This document shows positions 1 to 12,938 of a DNA stretch of 64,000 bases, piece after piece. Source of the DNA: Utricularia gibba (taxonomy: Eukaryota > Plantae > Magnoliophyta). The notes under the pieces are model-generated. The model saw nothing but the letters and a program-made list of their open reading frames with translations, was not told the origin of the DNA and did not search any database. The stretch lies in contig CM007989.1 of the NCBI GenBank assembly GCA_002189035.1, positions 7,998,001-8,062,000 of the forward strand, in the 5' to 3' direction. A program made the position numbers and the translations under genes. How positions within the stretch are numbered: the first letter of the stretch is position 1; each line of letters starts with the position of its first letter.

Positions 1-296
1 GTCAACGTTGAGTAATTGCTATTTTTAATTATGTTTTACAAAAATCATTTATTGAAAAACGTTTCCAATAATAACAAGAAAATTTGCAGTGGTTATTCTG
101 ATATTCTTGGTACGAGGTTGGGTGCATGTAGGGTTGAGTTAAATTTGATTGATAAATGAAAAAATTGATTAATTGAAAGACGGTTCGATTTGTATTAGTG
201 AAATTTGGCGTAAATCAATTATTGATTAGTTCTATTATTACTGGATTAACTGTTTTTTAGATAATTTGATTAATTTTATCTTCGTTTTTAATTCGG

Positions 297-356
297 TTTC
301 GGTTATCAGTTTACTTATTTGATTATGGTTTCGTTTCGATTTCGGTTATCAGTTTA
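297..356. repeat. 17-bp direct repeat in an AT-rich, TTCGGTT-rich tract (possible degraded non-autonomous TE)
   Basis: TTTCGGTTATCAGTTTA at 297-313 and 340-356; surrounding 1-500 region is AT-rich with recurring (TT)CGGTT motifs; no termini identified. Confidence 0.4.
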
Positions 357-790
357 TATAGTTATTTAGTTATGGGTTCGGTTCCCTCAATAAGTTATTT
401 TGTAAATAACACAAGTTTAAAAACGTTTATACTTTTAGTAAACTATACATTATTTTAATATTTTATTAAAATTATTTTCGGACGAATGCAATCAAATACA
501 ATTGGGCCATACATGTAAGAAAAAGGAGGTTTCCGTAATGGGTATATTGATAACGTCCAAAATAAGGCCCATCTACATAATGGGTTAAAAGCCCACCAAA
601 ATTTTAGAATATTACGGAGTGCTTTATTATAATTTTTTAAGTTGTTAATAATTTGTATAAAATAAACAAATGTAGAAAGAATATAATAACCTTAATTTGA
701 ATTATTATAAAAAAAAAATTCAACGACCAAACTCACTCGAATTCATTTTTAAAAGAATGATGACAGCTGGATTGGTGGCCATTCTCCGGG

Positions 791-1798
791 ATGGAAAAGC
801 AGAGTAGCGCAATCGCCGACGGCGGACTCGAACCATGGGCTAACCTTCACGAAAAGGTGGTGATGGTTACCGGCGCGTCGTCCGGTATCGGCAGAGAGTT
901 ATGCTTGGATTTGGCTGAAGCAGGCTGCAGAATCGTCGCCGCCGCTCGAAGAATCGACAATCTGAAATCCCTATGCGCAGAGATAAACAACTGCGGGGGA
1001 CATCTTGCAAAGGGATCCAGACGCGCGCCGTCGCTGTGGTTCTAGATATCGGATCAGGCGCGGCGGAGGTTGAGGCCTCAGTGGACAGGGCCTGGGCATC
1101 CTTCGGCAGAATTGATGCTCTAGTTAACAACGCCGGCATCCGAGGTAAAATAGGTCTCCGGATTTTTCTTCAAGCATTTGTTGTATTGTGAATTCCATTC
1201 AGAGAACTTCCGCAACGTAGGGAGTATACACACCCCCTTGACTTGAAGGAAGAGGAGTGGAACGACATCGTTAAGACGAATCTGACCGGAACTTGGTTAG
1301 TATCCAAGTATGTCTGTCGGCGAATGCGCGATTCCCGCCACGGCGGCTCCGTGGTGAACATCTCATCCATCAGTGGCCTCGAGCGGGGGCACCTCCCGGG
1401 CGGTTTGGCGTATAATTGCGCCAAAACTGCCATCAATTCGATGACTAAGGTGCCGTTGGATTGGATTTGAATCAGATTGGAGTTTTGATTGTTGACGATT
1501 GAATCTGACTTGCATCCAGGTGATGGCTCTGGAACTGGGGGCGTATAACATACGAGTGAACTCAATTTCACCGGGACTGTTCAAATCGGAGATAACTCAG
1601 GGACTGATGGAAAAGGAATGGCTGAAGAATGTGTTGACAAAAATAGTGCCGTTGCGGAGCTCCGGGACGGTGAATCCGGCGATGTCTTCGCTGCTGAGGT
1701 ACCTCATCGACGACTCTTCCGGTTACATCACCGGCAATATTTTCATCGTTGACGCCGGAGTCACCTTGCCCGGCATTCCTCTCTTCTCCTCCCTTTAA
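791..1798 (+). CDS. Short-chain dehydrogenase/reductase (FabG-like SDR), 3 exons, two apparent 1-nt frameshifts
   Basis: TGASSGIG cofactor motif, NNAG, NISS, YNCAK (YxxxK) and RVNSISPG. Introns 1145-1220 and 1450-1519 (GT-AG). Frame is restored only by adding one base at the G5 run 995-999 and one at the C5 run 1233-1237. Confidence 0.85.
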
Positions 1799-2085
1799 CG
1801 CTTATAACCAAGCACAGTCCCATTCTGCAAAAAAGTGTGTTTGGTCAGACCCCTTCTATATCAAATAAGGGGTTAATTATTTAATAAATAAGGAAATACC
1901 CATTATTATGATTTTGATTGTTTTCCGACAATTAAATTTAATAATTATTAAAAATAACCTTTGACGGAAATAACCTTCCAGGGGCCCACAATCGCTATTC
2001 AACTGTTGTTCTTACACTACTGTACTCTTTTTACAAGCCTTTCTTGACTGCACAAACACCGGCATTGATACGTAACCAGCAACCG

Positions 2086-3900
2086 TCAGGATGGGAGGCC
2101 GCTTTCCTGCAGATCGGATTCGCTGGGAGGGGCGACCCTTTTCCGTGCAGGAAGTAGGGTTTCGATGAACGGGGGATACTTTCTTTTCCGGCCGCCGCGG
2201 GGCCTCGACCGGAACTGCTGATCCCACTCTTGGAAATCTCCCTACATGATAACACATGGTTTCCATCAGCCTATCTAGTCCGTATCATTCTGGAGGGCAG
2301 CCAGCCTCTTTCACAAGATGACAGCAGAAACTTACAGGGGTATAAACATGAATCCCGGATCGTTCATGGTTGTCCCGTACGTGTTTGAATGCAAATCTCA
2401 TATAGCAACCGGGCATACAGCAATTGTATGGCTTCAGCTCCATGTGTACAGCTTTAACATGCTGCTTCAGATTTGATGCCTGTAGAGGTGACAGGCTGAA
2501 TGGTGAAACTCTGGGCGAAACGAGCCAGACAGATAATGTGAGGGAGGCATGGCACTTACAGTTGAAAACGTGAGGGGGCAACCCTCGTAAGTGCAGCTGA
2601 CTCTCTCGTGGGGAGTTCCCGATTCATGTTTCCTCATGTGACGCTTAATGTTCTTCTTTAGTTGCTTGGAACCGCATTCTTTGCAACTAATATACTGATG
2701 ACTGGCTGAAATATGCTCCTTGAGACATTTCTCATTGGTGAAATACTTCATACATCCAGGCTCAGTACATAGAGCCTCCACACAGTCCAGTTTAACTGCA
2801 AGCATACATGATTTAGTGCTGGGCAAACTGACAAAACAAAAAATGCCATGAAAAAAATGAAAACCCACCATGAGAGCCTGCGTGTTTACGCAATCTGGAC
2901 GGGTGAGGAAAAACTTTTCCACATCCATCTTCTTCACATCTATACACGGTTGGGCCCTGAACACTAGCTGAAGTTGATTCATCATGGAACTCTTTGGCAT
3001 GCCGTGTCATGTTACCACGAACCGTAAACCTGCTCTTGCAGCTCTCAACGGGACACTCAAACAATTTTCCTTCATGTAGAAGCATATGTCTGTTCAAATG
3101 GTCCTTCCTTCGATAACTTGAGTTACAGTCACTGACAGGACATACAAATGGCCTCTGTAAAACAAAAGGCAATCCATTAGATTAGTGTTGAACGACCCTT
3201 ATCGGATGAGCTACCCATGTCCTTCTAAGCAAGCAATGAATCCTCAAATCCACAACAACAGAAGGCGTGATCGAGGCTTACTTGATGGAGCTTCCCAGGC
3301 AGTCTCCTGCCTGGTACTGGTCCAGTCAAGGCGAAAGAGCTGCCTCTTGCATTTTGGAGTACTTTACGTTGGGATCCAATGCCTCACGCTACAAGAATCT
3401 TCCAACAAACCCATTCAATCTGCAAGATATGTGCTTCAATACCAAAAAAAACAGAGACAAACGACAACAGCAATCTTATAAGTGGCAGGCAGGAGACGCA
3501 CGCACAAAAACTCAGTGCAGCAATAACGAAGAAGAAAAATACAGACCAGAAGCGAATGGCTCAGCATGTGCTGCTTCAGATGCGCAGGTTTCTGAAAACT
3601 TCTTTGACAGATTTCACAGGTCGTTAATTTATCACAAGCCTCCTCTTCATCGTCCCAATCCCTTTTCTTGATCTCGGCCTGCGCTTTCAGACAAACGTTA
3701 AACTAAGCCACACCCACATAACAATGGAGAAAAAAACACCCATCGGGCACAGGATCAGAACAAAAGCATACCCCATGGTTAGCGAGTACATGGGATGTGA
3801 TTAAAGACTTTTTCGATCGGCAAATTCCACAATAATCACAATAATATCTTCTGATATCTCTAAAAATCGGGCCTTCCCCTCCCTTCTCTTCGTTCGCCAT
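2086..3900 (-). CDS. TFIIIA: Transcription factor IIIA (multi-C2H2 zinc finger, 5S rRNA gene factor)
   Basis: Exons 3900-3772, 3678-3547, 3154-2869, 2795-2560, 2479-2336, 2241-2086 splice in frame. N-terminus KGGEGPIFRDIRRYYCDYCGICRSKKSLITSH, serial CxxC...HxxxH fingers, C-terminal RSRPRGGRKRK; stop TGA 2088-2086. Confidence 0.93.
3282..3419 (-). ncRNA. P5SM: Plant 5S rRNA mimic (P5SM) cassette/poison exon inside TFIIIA intron 2
   Basis: 138-nt segment bounded by TTGCAG| and |GTAAGC within the 392-nt intron 3155-3546. In-frame TGA at codon 12 (3386-3384). Sense sequence GCATTGGATCCCAAC...ACTCC and CAGTACCAGGCAGGAGACTGCCTGGGAAGCTCC parallels plant 5S rRNA (GCACCGGATCCCATCAGAACTCC; TAGTACTAGGATGGGTGACCTCCTGGGAAGTCC). 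Confidence 0.9.
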
Positions 3901-4020
3901 CCACAGAAGCAGTCTCCACACCGCACAGAATAGGAAACCAAGGGCACGCCAAGAAACCTCTTCTGAACTTGATACAAAAGCGACGGAGCGGCGCTGAATA
4001 AAAGACTACCTGTCAGAAAT

Positions 4021-4079
4021 TTAGGGTTTGGTGATGTTGGGCTGGTTTCCGGCCCACGGGCTTAAAAAATGAAGGCCCA
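4021..4079 (-). promoter_or_regulatory. Telo-box plus site II (TGGGCY) module upstream of TFIIIA
   Basis: TTAGGGTTT (AAACCCTAA on minus) at 4021-4029; TGGGCT 4038-4043; GGCCCA 4051-4056 and 4074-4079, about 120-180 bp upstream of the ATG. This combination is typical of plant ribosome-biogenesis genes. Confidence 0.65.
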
Positions 4080-4434
4080 TAATATAAAACACGTGCTATT
4101 TTGAAATTTAAAAATTCGATTACAAAATTTAAAATATTCAAAATAGAAACTAATTTTATGCTTCTTACACATTCTCAAAATGAATTTTTGAGAAATAAGA
4201 ATAATAAATAAAATAAATTGATATTCGATAACTTCAAAAAGAGGGGAGATGGCTTGCCTGACCAATGGTGTTGACAAGGCGGTTTACTCTTCTGTATAAT
4301 CCCATGTTTTTTGCTCGGTTTGAAGGTGTGGAAGGTTTCAATATCAATTGATAGAGGAGTGTACTGCTGCAAATTCTCGAATTGGTTGCCCTGATTCGAT
4401 CATCTTCTCTTGCTTTAACTCCAGACGCGGAAAA

Positions 4435-4941
4435 ATGGGTCAATCTTTGGGCTGTATTAAATTACCGCAGTCAAATGTTGCAATGAGGAAGCAATTTGGC
4501 AAGTCTGATGGAGTACTTGAACCTGGTTGTCATTGCATTCTGTAGTGTATTGATTACCAAGTTGCAGGGTTTTTGTCCCTCCAGATTCTTCATCTGGCAG
4601 GCCCTCCCACTAGTCATCAAACTGAAAATATGTTTATTTTTTGTTACTGCTACAAGATAATGTTTTTGTTACTGTGATTGCTGCAATCCAGTGCCTGGGA
4701 AGGCATTTGATGCGTTCTGTAAGCTTACAAATACCATGAAACAGATTAAAGCATATGTTATTCGATGGTACTTGTTTATTTTTTGTGCCATAAATCTTGC
4801 TCAATGTTTAGAGTGGATGATTTTGGGTTACACCCCTTATTCTTTGAAGTCATAAGTGCAAGTGTCCCTAAGTTGGAGCTGGATGCTGCATTTGAACAGA
4901 AGAACGACATAGCCAGAGATGTAGAGGATGAACTTGAAAAG
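4435..4941 (+). pseudogene. HIR: Truncated hypersensitive-induced response (HIR, SPFH/band-7) pseudogene
   Basis: [36 protein letters not shown] then in-frame TAG (4543-4545). Later fragments DNVFVTVIAAIQ, KAFDAFCKLTN..QIKAYV and [31 protein letters not shown] lie in shifted frames. No recognisable downstream exons before CaM. Confidence 0.85.
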
Positions 4942-5367
4942 GTAAGATCAATTATCCCATTTGGGTAAATATTAGAGTTTGATCTCATAAATGTTTAGTG
5001 TGACACAATGAAAAAGAATGGGATTTTTTTCAATTCCCACGTTGGACGAATTTTCTTTGTGCCAGAAAATGTCCTCTCCACAGAGACAAGGATGGGTAGA
5101 CCGTGGGAGAGGGGCGCGGCCCACCACCAACGTCGAGACAACTCACACCGGAGCTAGGGAAGAAAAAACCATGGATTACAATTAATCTGAGGCATTCAAG
5201 ACTGTCGTTTCTCGCACAAAGATCCTGCTTTTTATATGGGATTACCTCTTTATTGCTTGCACGTCTGGTGAGTTTCAAATCCGCTGTCCCCAACCACTGT
5301 AACGCTTTCCTGGGGCCTCTCTTTTCCATCCGGGATTGGGAGATTGAGCTAGCGGCGAGGCGAAGAA

Positions 5368-6106
<739 letters not shown>

Positions 6107-6486
6107 AGCCACCTGCTTTAGCTTCCTGTCGTTTACCAATAAGGAGTTTTGCCTTCATTTTAGCCTTAACTGCATCTTCTTGAGGCTTATGGATTCTTCA
6201 TCTTTCGACATTTTGCATGTTTCTTTTTCTGAATGCTGGTGCTGATGATAATTATGAATCCATTAAACCACCTGCTAATCCATGTTTCTAGTTCTGAGTT
6301 GTCTTAGAAACTGCAATCAAATAGTGAAAACAGAAAAGCATCTAATTTTGAGAATTAGATAGGAAGAGAGTATTGTCAAGATACATGACAAGGCAAACCT
6401 GTGGCTCAGGCAGTGTGGTTAGAATAAAGGGATGCGTTGGAAGGTTAGTGGCTGCGAGTCTGTAAAAGAGAGCACCGGCAGCAGAA

Positions 6487-8431
6487 TTATCGTATAAGAA
6501 AACTGAATGCAGGCAGATCTCTAATGGTGGAGATATCCTCCAAAGCTAGCTCACGTTCAAGTTGAGACCTTGTTGCCTTGAGAACATCCTGAATGCAAAT
6601 TCGGATGAATAAATTGATTGAGAGCCAGAACATGCAATATGCAATGTGAAATAAGAACGGGGATGCAGCCTTACATTGAAGTCCATATATGAAGCACGTC
6701 TGGCAAGCCATTGTGCATCCAGCAGTTCGAAGGCAACACAGAAAAGGTTGTCGAATGCCATCTCATCATCACTGAGCAACTCTAGGAAGCGATGTCCAGC
6801 AATGGTGCTGGGGTTATCTGATAGTGATGAAATTTATCAAGCTAAATCCGTTCATTGTGAAGTTCGAATCTCCAATCAAATGCTAAATTTTAGTTGGGGT
6901 ATGGGATTCACTTGATTGAAGATCTAACATCTGGATGAGCATGAAGGAGACGTTGATTCCAGCCACAGCAAAAGGATACTCCCATTCGGACCTCTCTCCG
7001 TCTCTTTTGTGTAACAAGTTTTGAAAGGCTTCCTGTCAACAAGACCAGTAAACACAAATTGTGACAATTAGTTTTTTAACGACAGAAAATAGGAGGAACA
7101 CTGTGCCAGTAGAAGATATGCAAACCGGAAAAGTACTGGCAAAGAAGATGAGATTCTCCAGTGATATGTATCCTCCACCCCTGAACAAGAAGATCATTGA
7201 AGTTCATCGTGAGGAATGTTTGTGCATTCATATCTTGCTAATCTATCTCACTGTTGCACACCTGAAATCCGTTGAAGGATCTTGTCCCTGCCAACCCATA
7301 TCCTTCCAAGCCTCCGATTTAAGAGATGGAAGTGGTCTGTCAGAATAAGCTAACTTCCAAAGCTTTCTGAGCGCGTCCTGGCCATCATGTCTCAATTATA
7401 AATATTTCACAAGAAATAAATATTCATGTGAGTGATATCTTCACAAAATTGTCTCATAAAAAGGATGATTATATGGAAATAGCATCTAGTTGAAATGTAT
7501 CTGATGCTCTAACAAACTTCCATCAAAAGGAATAGACAGCCTCCGCTTTAAATACTTCAACCTTACTTCCTACTTTCAAAACACACAATCATAAACAGTG
7601 TTTCGTAAATAACAGCAATAAAATGTAGCAAAGGGGAAATAATGCATATGCTATGGCATTATGCACATAAAAAAGAAAAAACACTTCGAGACGACCCTGG
7701 ACTCTAGATGATACCTGTAAGGGACTAAGCACAGCAGGCGGAATACTATTTACTGTGCTATGGGAGCCTGGAATAAATGGAATAATTCGTCCCAACACAC
7801 AGCTAAATCCAATGAGAATATTTGCTGAAAGGGAAAAATAAAATGAGCAAACGGCCTTGTTGCATTGATTAATACAGAAAACGAACTACGTAATTAAACA
7901 AACAATAAAGAGCATCACTTTGTCTATTTTATGCAAGGTCACGCCACTCAATAGCATATACACCATACAAGGTGGTATCAAAGCTCACACCAAATCAGCA
8001 GCATGTACAACAAAACAGCACACATTTCTCTCCCCTCTCTCTTCGGAAAAGAATAGCGAGAACCGAAATTACAGTGAGCAATACCTAACCATTGCGCCCA
8101 CTGAGAAATTATGTTTGAAAAAAGAAAAGTCCAATGCAAGTGCTCTTCCTTCCGTTCATCATCCAAAGTATACTGTAGTGCTTGTGCCTAAAAATTTCCA
8201 CGCATGCTTTAGTTCCATAGGGGAAAAAAATTAAATTCGAAGAAACCAAATATCCTATAAAATTTCCACCGTCTATCAACCAGCATTTTAGTACCTCAGA
8301 GTGTTCCTTATAATCTCCGTTTCCGAGCAACGCCTCATTCAAAGAATCAAAACTTGAAGCCTCGTAGTGATCATGTTTTCCACCATCAGAATCTCCATGA
8401 TGCAGCCGCCGCCTCAACGCCCCGAGCTCAT
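6487..8431 (-). CDS. ELMO/CED-12 domain-containing protein (multi-exon)
   Basis: LRRRLHHGD N-terminus, WEYPFAVAG, AFDNLFCVAFELLDAQWLARRASYMDFN|DVLKATRSQLERELALED. The ATG at 8431 is in frame only if the C4 run 8420-8423 is one base longer. Internal exons were not all resolved. Confidence 0.85.
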
Positions 8432-8849
8432 TTAGAACCCAATTCCAGTATCCTCACCTGCTCAAACACTACACCTCCCGATCAATGAATCTGCATGAGC
8501 CAGCCGAACCAGAAAAAAAAAAAAAAAAACGCCAAAAATCTCAACAACTACCAACCACTCTGGATCGCCAATTGTTCTGTCACTTTTTTCCAACTAGGTG
8601 CTTTTTTCCTTTTTTTTTTTTACTTCCATTACAATAGGCCCAATTATTATTACCTCAGGCCCAATAGAAGATGTAGTGGGCTTGTCAGTTAAGAAATATA
8701 TTTCCTACTGAATTACAATACTCCGCATCCATTACATGGGCCGTTCGACCCGACCCGCCCGACCCGCTCACCCCGGATTGGAGGGAGTGGAGTTTTTACT
8801 AAGTACAGAGACACTACAAAGTAAGTAAATAGCTAATTTGGGAGTGCTC

Positions 8850-9308
8850 CTAGCAGCACCACGTGTGATCGTTGTTTGCTGAAGTCCCATCGTAATCAGT
8901 AAGCTCCGCCGTCGTCCTTCTGCTGCTTCCCTCCTCCGATCCGCCGGCGCCCTTCCCAGATTCGTCACCGAGCACAACAATAACCGTAAGCACACAAAAA
9001 CAATCATGCCACAGAACACACAAATGTCAGTTAATCAGCCTGAATCATCTCACTTCATGAGGGACGCCGCCGGCAGCCGCTTGATCTTGATCCACTGCTG
9101 CACTGTCCAGCCCTGTGTTCACAACTCTGGGATCAAGAGGTGGGGCAATGATCTGAAGACACTTATCTCAGACAAAACAAACAAACAGTCTTTCCGAACA
9201 GGGCTCACCTTGCTCTCTCTGACGTATCACGGGAGTCGCAGCGGAAGAAGCAACCAGAAAGAGGAGGAGCAACGCGAAAGCTAACGAACGCCGCCGTGGG
9301 AGAGCCAT
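8850..9308 (-). CDS. PSY: Small secreted PSY-family (sulfated tyrosine peptide) precursor, 3 exons
   Basis: Signal peptide MALPRRRSLAFALLLLFLVASSAA (exon 9308-9209); middle exon frame LQIIAPPLDPRVV...GGVPHE; last exon ...RRTTAELTDYDGTSANNDHTWCC* (DY at 8897-8892, TAG 8852-8850). The exon-2 acceptor is uncertain. Confidence 0.75.
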
Positions 9309-11554
9309 AGGTTTCCGCCGCCGCCTGTCACAGTTGTCTTTGCCGGAAAGAGGTGAAGGTAGCACCTCCCATCAGATGTATATGTACAGAAAAACGTAGG
9401 CCAAAAGTCAACCCGCTTTATTAAAAAATTACTTCGTATTTCCAGAAGTGATTAATTACGTGGACAAAAAGTCCGCTTTACCAACATCGTCGTCAAGATC
9501 GCCCAGCAGCATCATTCATCGTAAAAAATTTAATTACATTTTTTACACCAAAATGATTCTTTTTTACCCCGCGGCCCCATCTTCTTCAACAAATTATAAT
9601 TACATTTAACCCCCTTATTTTTAAAATATCAACAAAAGGTGCTTGTGCCGGTAATGTATTCGCCGTCCGCCCTCTTCGCACCGGCACTGTTCCCGTTCTG
9701 ATTAGCGAAGATTTAGGTTTGATTTCTTGAAAGTTGGAGCTGTGAGCCGTCAGTTTTGGAGTTTGGGTGTATTTCCCTCCAGAGCACATGTGCCGGCGAC
9801 TGCAGCGGCTGTCGCAGGCGCCGCGGTTGTCGGCGTGGGCGGCGCACGAACTGCCGGAGAGTGTCTCATTCTGTAGCAGGCAGATATCAACACTTCTTGG
9901 GTTTCCGGCAATCCACCTCTTCGCGACTCAGCTCGCTGTTTCTGCTGAGTAATGTGCCAAAAAATCAGGGAGCTGTGAAGGGCACAGAGTCACCGATCTT
10001 TTTCTCCTCCTCCTTCCTGAAAGATTTTCCCCAGGCAACGGCGTCGCCTCCATGGAAAAGGACTCTCCGGTGTGGATGCGGCCTTCCCGGCAGCGATTCC
10101 GGCGAAGAGTAGAATTTCCAAAATCCTCGAGAACCTACTTTTCCATGTAAAGAATCCACATCCTAAAAATGGTAAGAACAAATATTTCCGGAAATAAATG
10201 AAATATTTTCGTCTTAATTTTTAAACATTAATTTTTTTTAAATTTTGATAATAAAATTTAATTGTTATTTTCATTATTTAATTATTTTAAAAAATTAAAT
10301 AACACAAATAATTCATTAATATCGATTTAAATAATTAAATATATAATTTAATTAATGGAAATGAAAATGTTATATCAAACGAATCGTTTTGCTTAGGTGC
10401 GAAAGTTTCAAAGTCTAGAGAGCATTTAACCGCTGCCGGTTTACTTCAAAGTCTATTAATTACCGGTCCGGTTTAATTAAAAGTCGTTAATTTTGATCTT
10501 CCGGTTGACAAAATAATTCCGGGGGTATTTTTAAAAGTCAAGTTGCCCCCTTTTTTGTACGAATTATCGGAATAAAAAAAACAAATAATTACTCTGTCTG
10601 ATTTTTTTTCTCAATTGCCACGTGGCTTTTTGCTGTGTTTTTGTACGGAGAATTTGCACCGAGGAATTTCACTGATGCATGAAGAGGAGGAAGAGGAAGA
10701 AGGGAAACCGAAAGCCCAGATGTGTTTTTTTTTTAAAATGGAACTGCTCGGAAATGGGAAGCGACCGGACTGACCATTTTGTACGTCTGTGACTTATGGG
10801 AAGAAAGGATCCTGGAGATTTTTGTCTTCTTTTTTAACTGAAGTTGAAATCGTCAAGGTTCATCCTTTTTCTCTTATTTCGAATTTCCGGGGCGACAGCG
10901 ACATCAGATTCATTCCTCCCCGAAAAAAATTGAAAAATCTGTAAGTAGTGTTAAACCCTGAGCCTGCTGGATGAGTCGATGTATTGTATAATCATTATCG
11001 CAATTTCAGGTTATTTATCTTTTTCTTTTGTGAGGATTCCACGTTATTTATCCCTGGACCATTCGTTGTTTGCCCCTCCCGGGAAATTGGTTCTCTTCGC
11101 GTTGGTACATCTTGGGCGAGACTTGCAGGTCGCGCCCATTTAATCTTCGTCAACTTTCCCATTATAGTTTTTTCAATCTTTACGAAATGGGTTTTCTTTA
11201 GTTGAGATTCGCTTCATTTTGCATTCATGGTGCCGTTATTTCCAGACTTTTCGTGTATATTTTCATGGGATTTTGCGGGCGATGGTTTATAGGAATTAAC
11301 CGGTTCCAAATTTCTCACCTTGTGTGCTGTGAATGTTGTATTCTTCACTGACTCCTGTTCATGCTCTTTAATTGTGGATTAACGTGTCATTGAAAACTTG
11401 GATGTTTTAATTCTGCTGTTTGATTCTGGCTAAAAGCAGTGTTCCTCAAAGAAGAGTTTCTATGATGGTGTCTACATCAATGTTTGACGAAGAAATGCAG
11501 TCATGACGCAACCCTCTCTGATCTGCTTTTTGGGGAGCCAAGTTTGTAGGAAGA

Positions 11555-12938
11555 ATGGCACTTGTGTTATCATCAGCAGCAGCAACTGTATCACGTTCTT
11601 ATACAAATATGATTCCAAGATTATCAGGCGCTACATTCGTTAGCGGATATCATCGTCTTAGTATTCATCCAAAGATCGTGCAGAGAGAATCTACCTTCTT
11701 CGCAAATTCATTGAACAAATTGGTGTCAAGTGATGTTGCTTCTTTGAGCGGTTTTCAACATTGCAAGCCTTTGCTTATTTATCTCTCGACGGCTGTTGCT
11801 AGGTAATATATCATATCATCTTCCCTCTGAGCATATCTTATTTTACTTTCTTCTGTGATTGGCCTGAAACTGCTGCTCATGGTCAGCATATGTACTTGGA
11901 TCACATTGAGATAATGCTTTAACTCTATCGTTTTGAACTGCTTAGAACCCATCCCTGATCATTAACCATGGTTTCTCAATACCAGGGGATATCTTGGGAA
12001 TGAATCAGGGAGTGCCCCTGAAAATGATAATGATGATGACAGTGATTCTACAAGCTTCCAGCAGGATGGCTCTGAGATGCAGCTTGATTCCGAATTTCAT
12101 GGCAACGCAATCGATATCCAGATAGAAAAGATTGAAAATAATAGCCGTTTGATAAGGTCGATGATTGTTGTGGATGCTAGCAACATAGCAGTTTGGAATC
12201 TATTGACTGATTATGAAAGACTGGCAGATTTCATACCAGGACTGGCAGTCAGCCAGCTGCTTGAAAAGAAAGAGAACTATGCTCGCCTCTATCAGGTGAC
12301 ATTCTTGTGGAACTCGGCACTTGATGCTAAATTCTTACTTTTTAGGCTTTGCCGAAATCTCTTCAAAGCACCCCTGTATCATAAGTTCTGGTTCAAATCA
12401 ATGATCATGTTCATTGAGGGACATTATACACTGTCCTTTTCTGGATACCATCAAGCTATATGACTCATTCTATTCACCCTTCCTAATTCATCTGTGTTAC
12501 CACAGATAGGAGAGCAGACTCTTCCATTTGGCCTGAAATTCAATGCAAAAGCAACCGTTGATTGCTTCGAAAGAGATCTTGAGATCTTTCCAGGTGGATG
12601 TAGGCGAGATATCGAGTTCAAGATGGTTGAAGGTGATTTCGAGATTTTTGAAGGAAAGTGGTCTGTTCAGCAGGTTCATTCAGCCCCTTAGCCACATATA
12701 GAGATTCCAGAATACATTGTTTCATCTCTACAAGTTTTTTAAAGTTGTTGGCTTTGTTCAGGCAGATGGTGAAGACCCTACAACGACACTCTCCTACATT
12801 GTTCATGTGAAACCCAAAATGTGGCTTCCTGTGCAACTAATCGAGAGCCGTATCTGTGATGAGATTAAGCGAAATCTTTCTTGCATTCGAGAACAAGCTG
12901 AGAAATCTTTGCATGTGACAAATGCGATGGTTCAATAG
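11555..12938 (+). CDS. Polyketide cyclase/dehydrase and lipid transport (START/Coq10-like) protein, probably plastid-targeted
   Basis: Exons 11555-11802, 11986-12295, 12506-12673, 12762-12938 in frame. VWNLLTDYERLADFIPGLAVSQ, DIEFKMVEGDFEIFEGKWSV, VKPKMWLPVQLIESRIC; Ser/Thr-rich N-terminus. Confidence 0.88.

Noticed and set aside
4271-4300. Perfect sigma70-like TTGACA-18 nt-TATAAT
   Set aside because: Nuclear eukaryotic context with no flanking organellar or bacterial sequence. A rough estimate for AT-rich DNA gives about a 10% chance of one such match in 64 kb on both strands.
6965-6980. GTATCCTT on the minus strand within the ELMO gene as a U12 donor
   Set aside because: It is coding sequence (W-E-Y-P-F).
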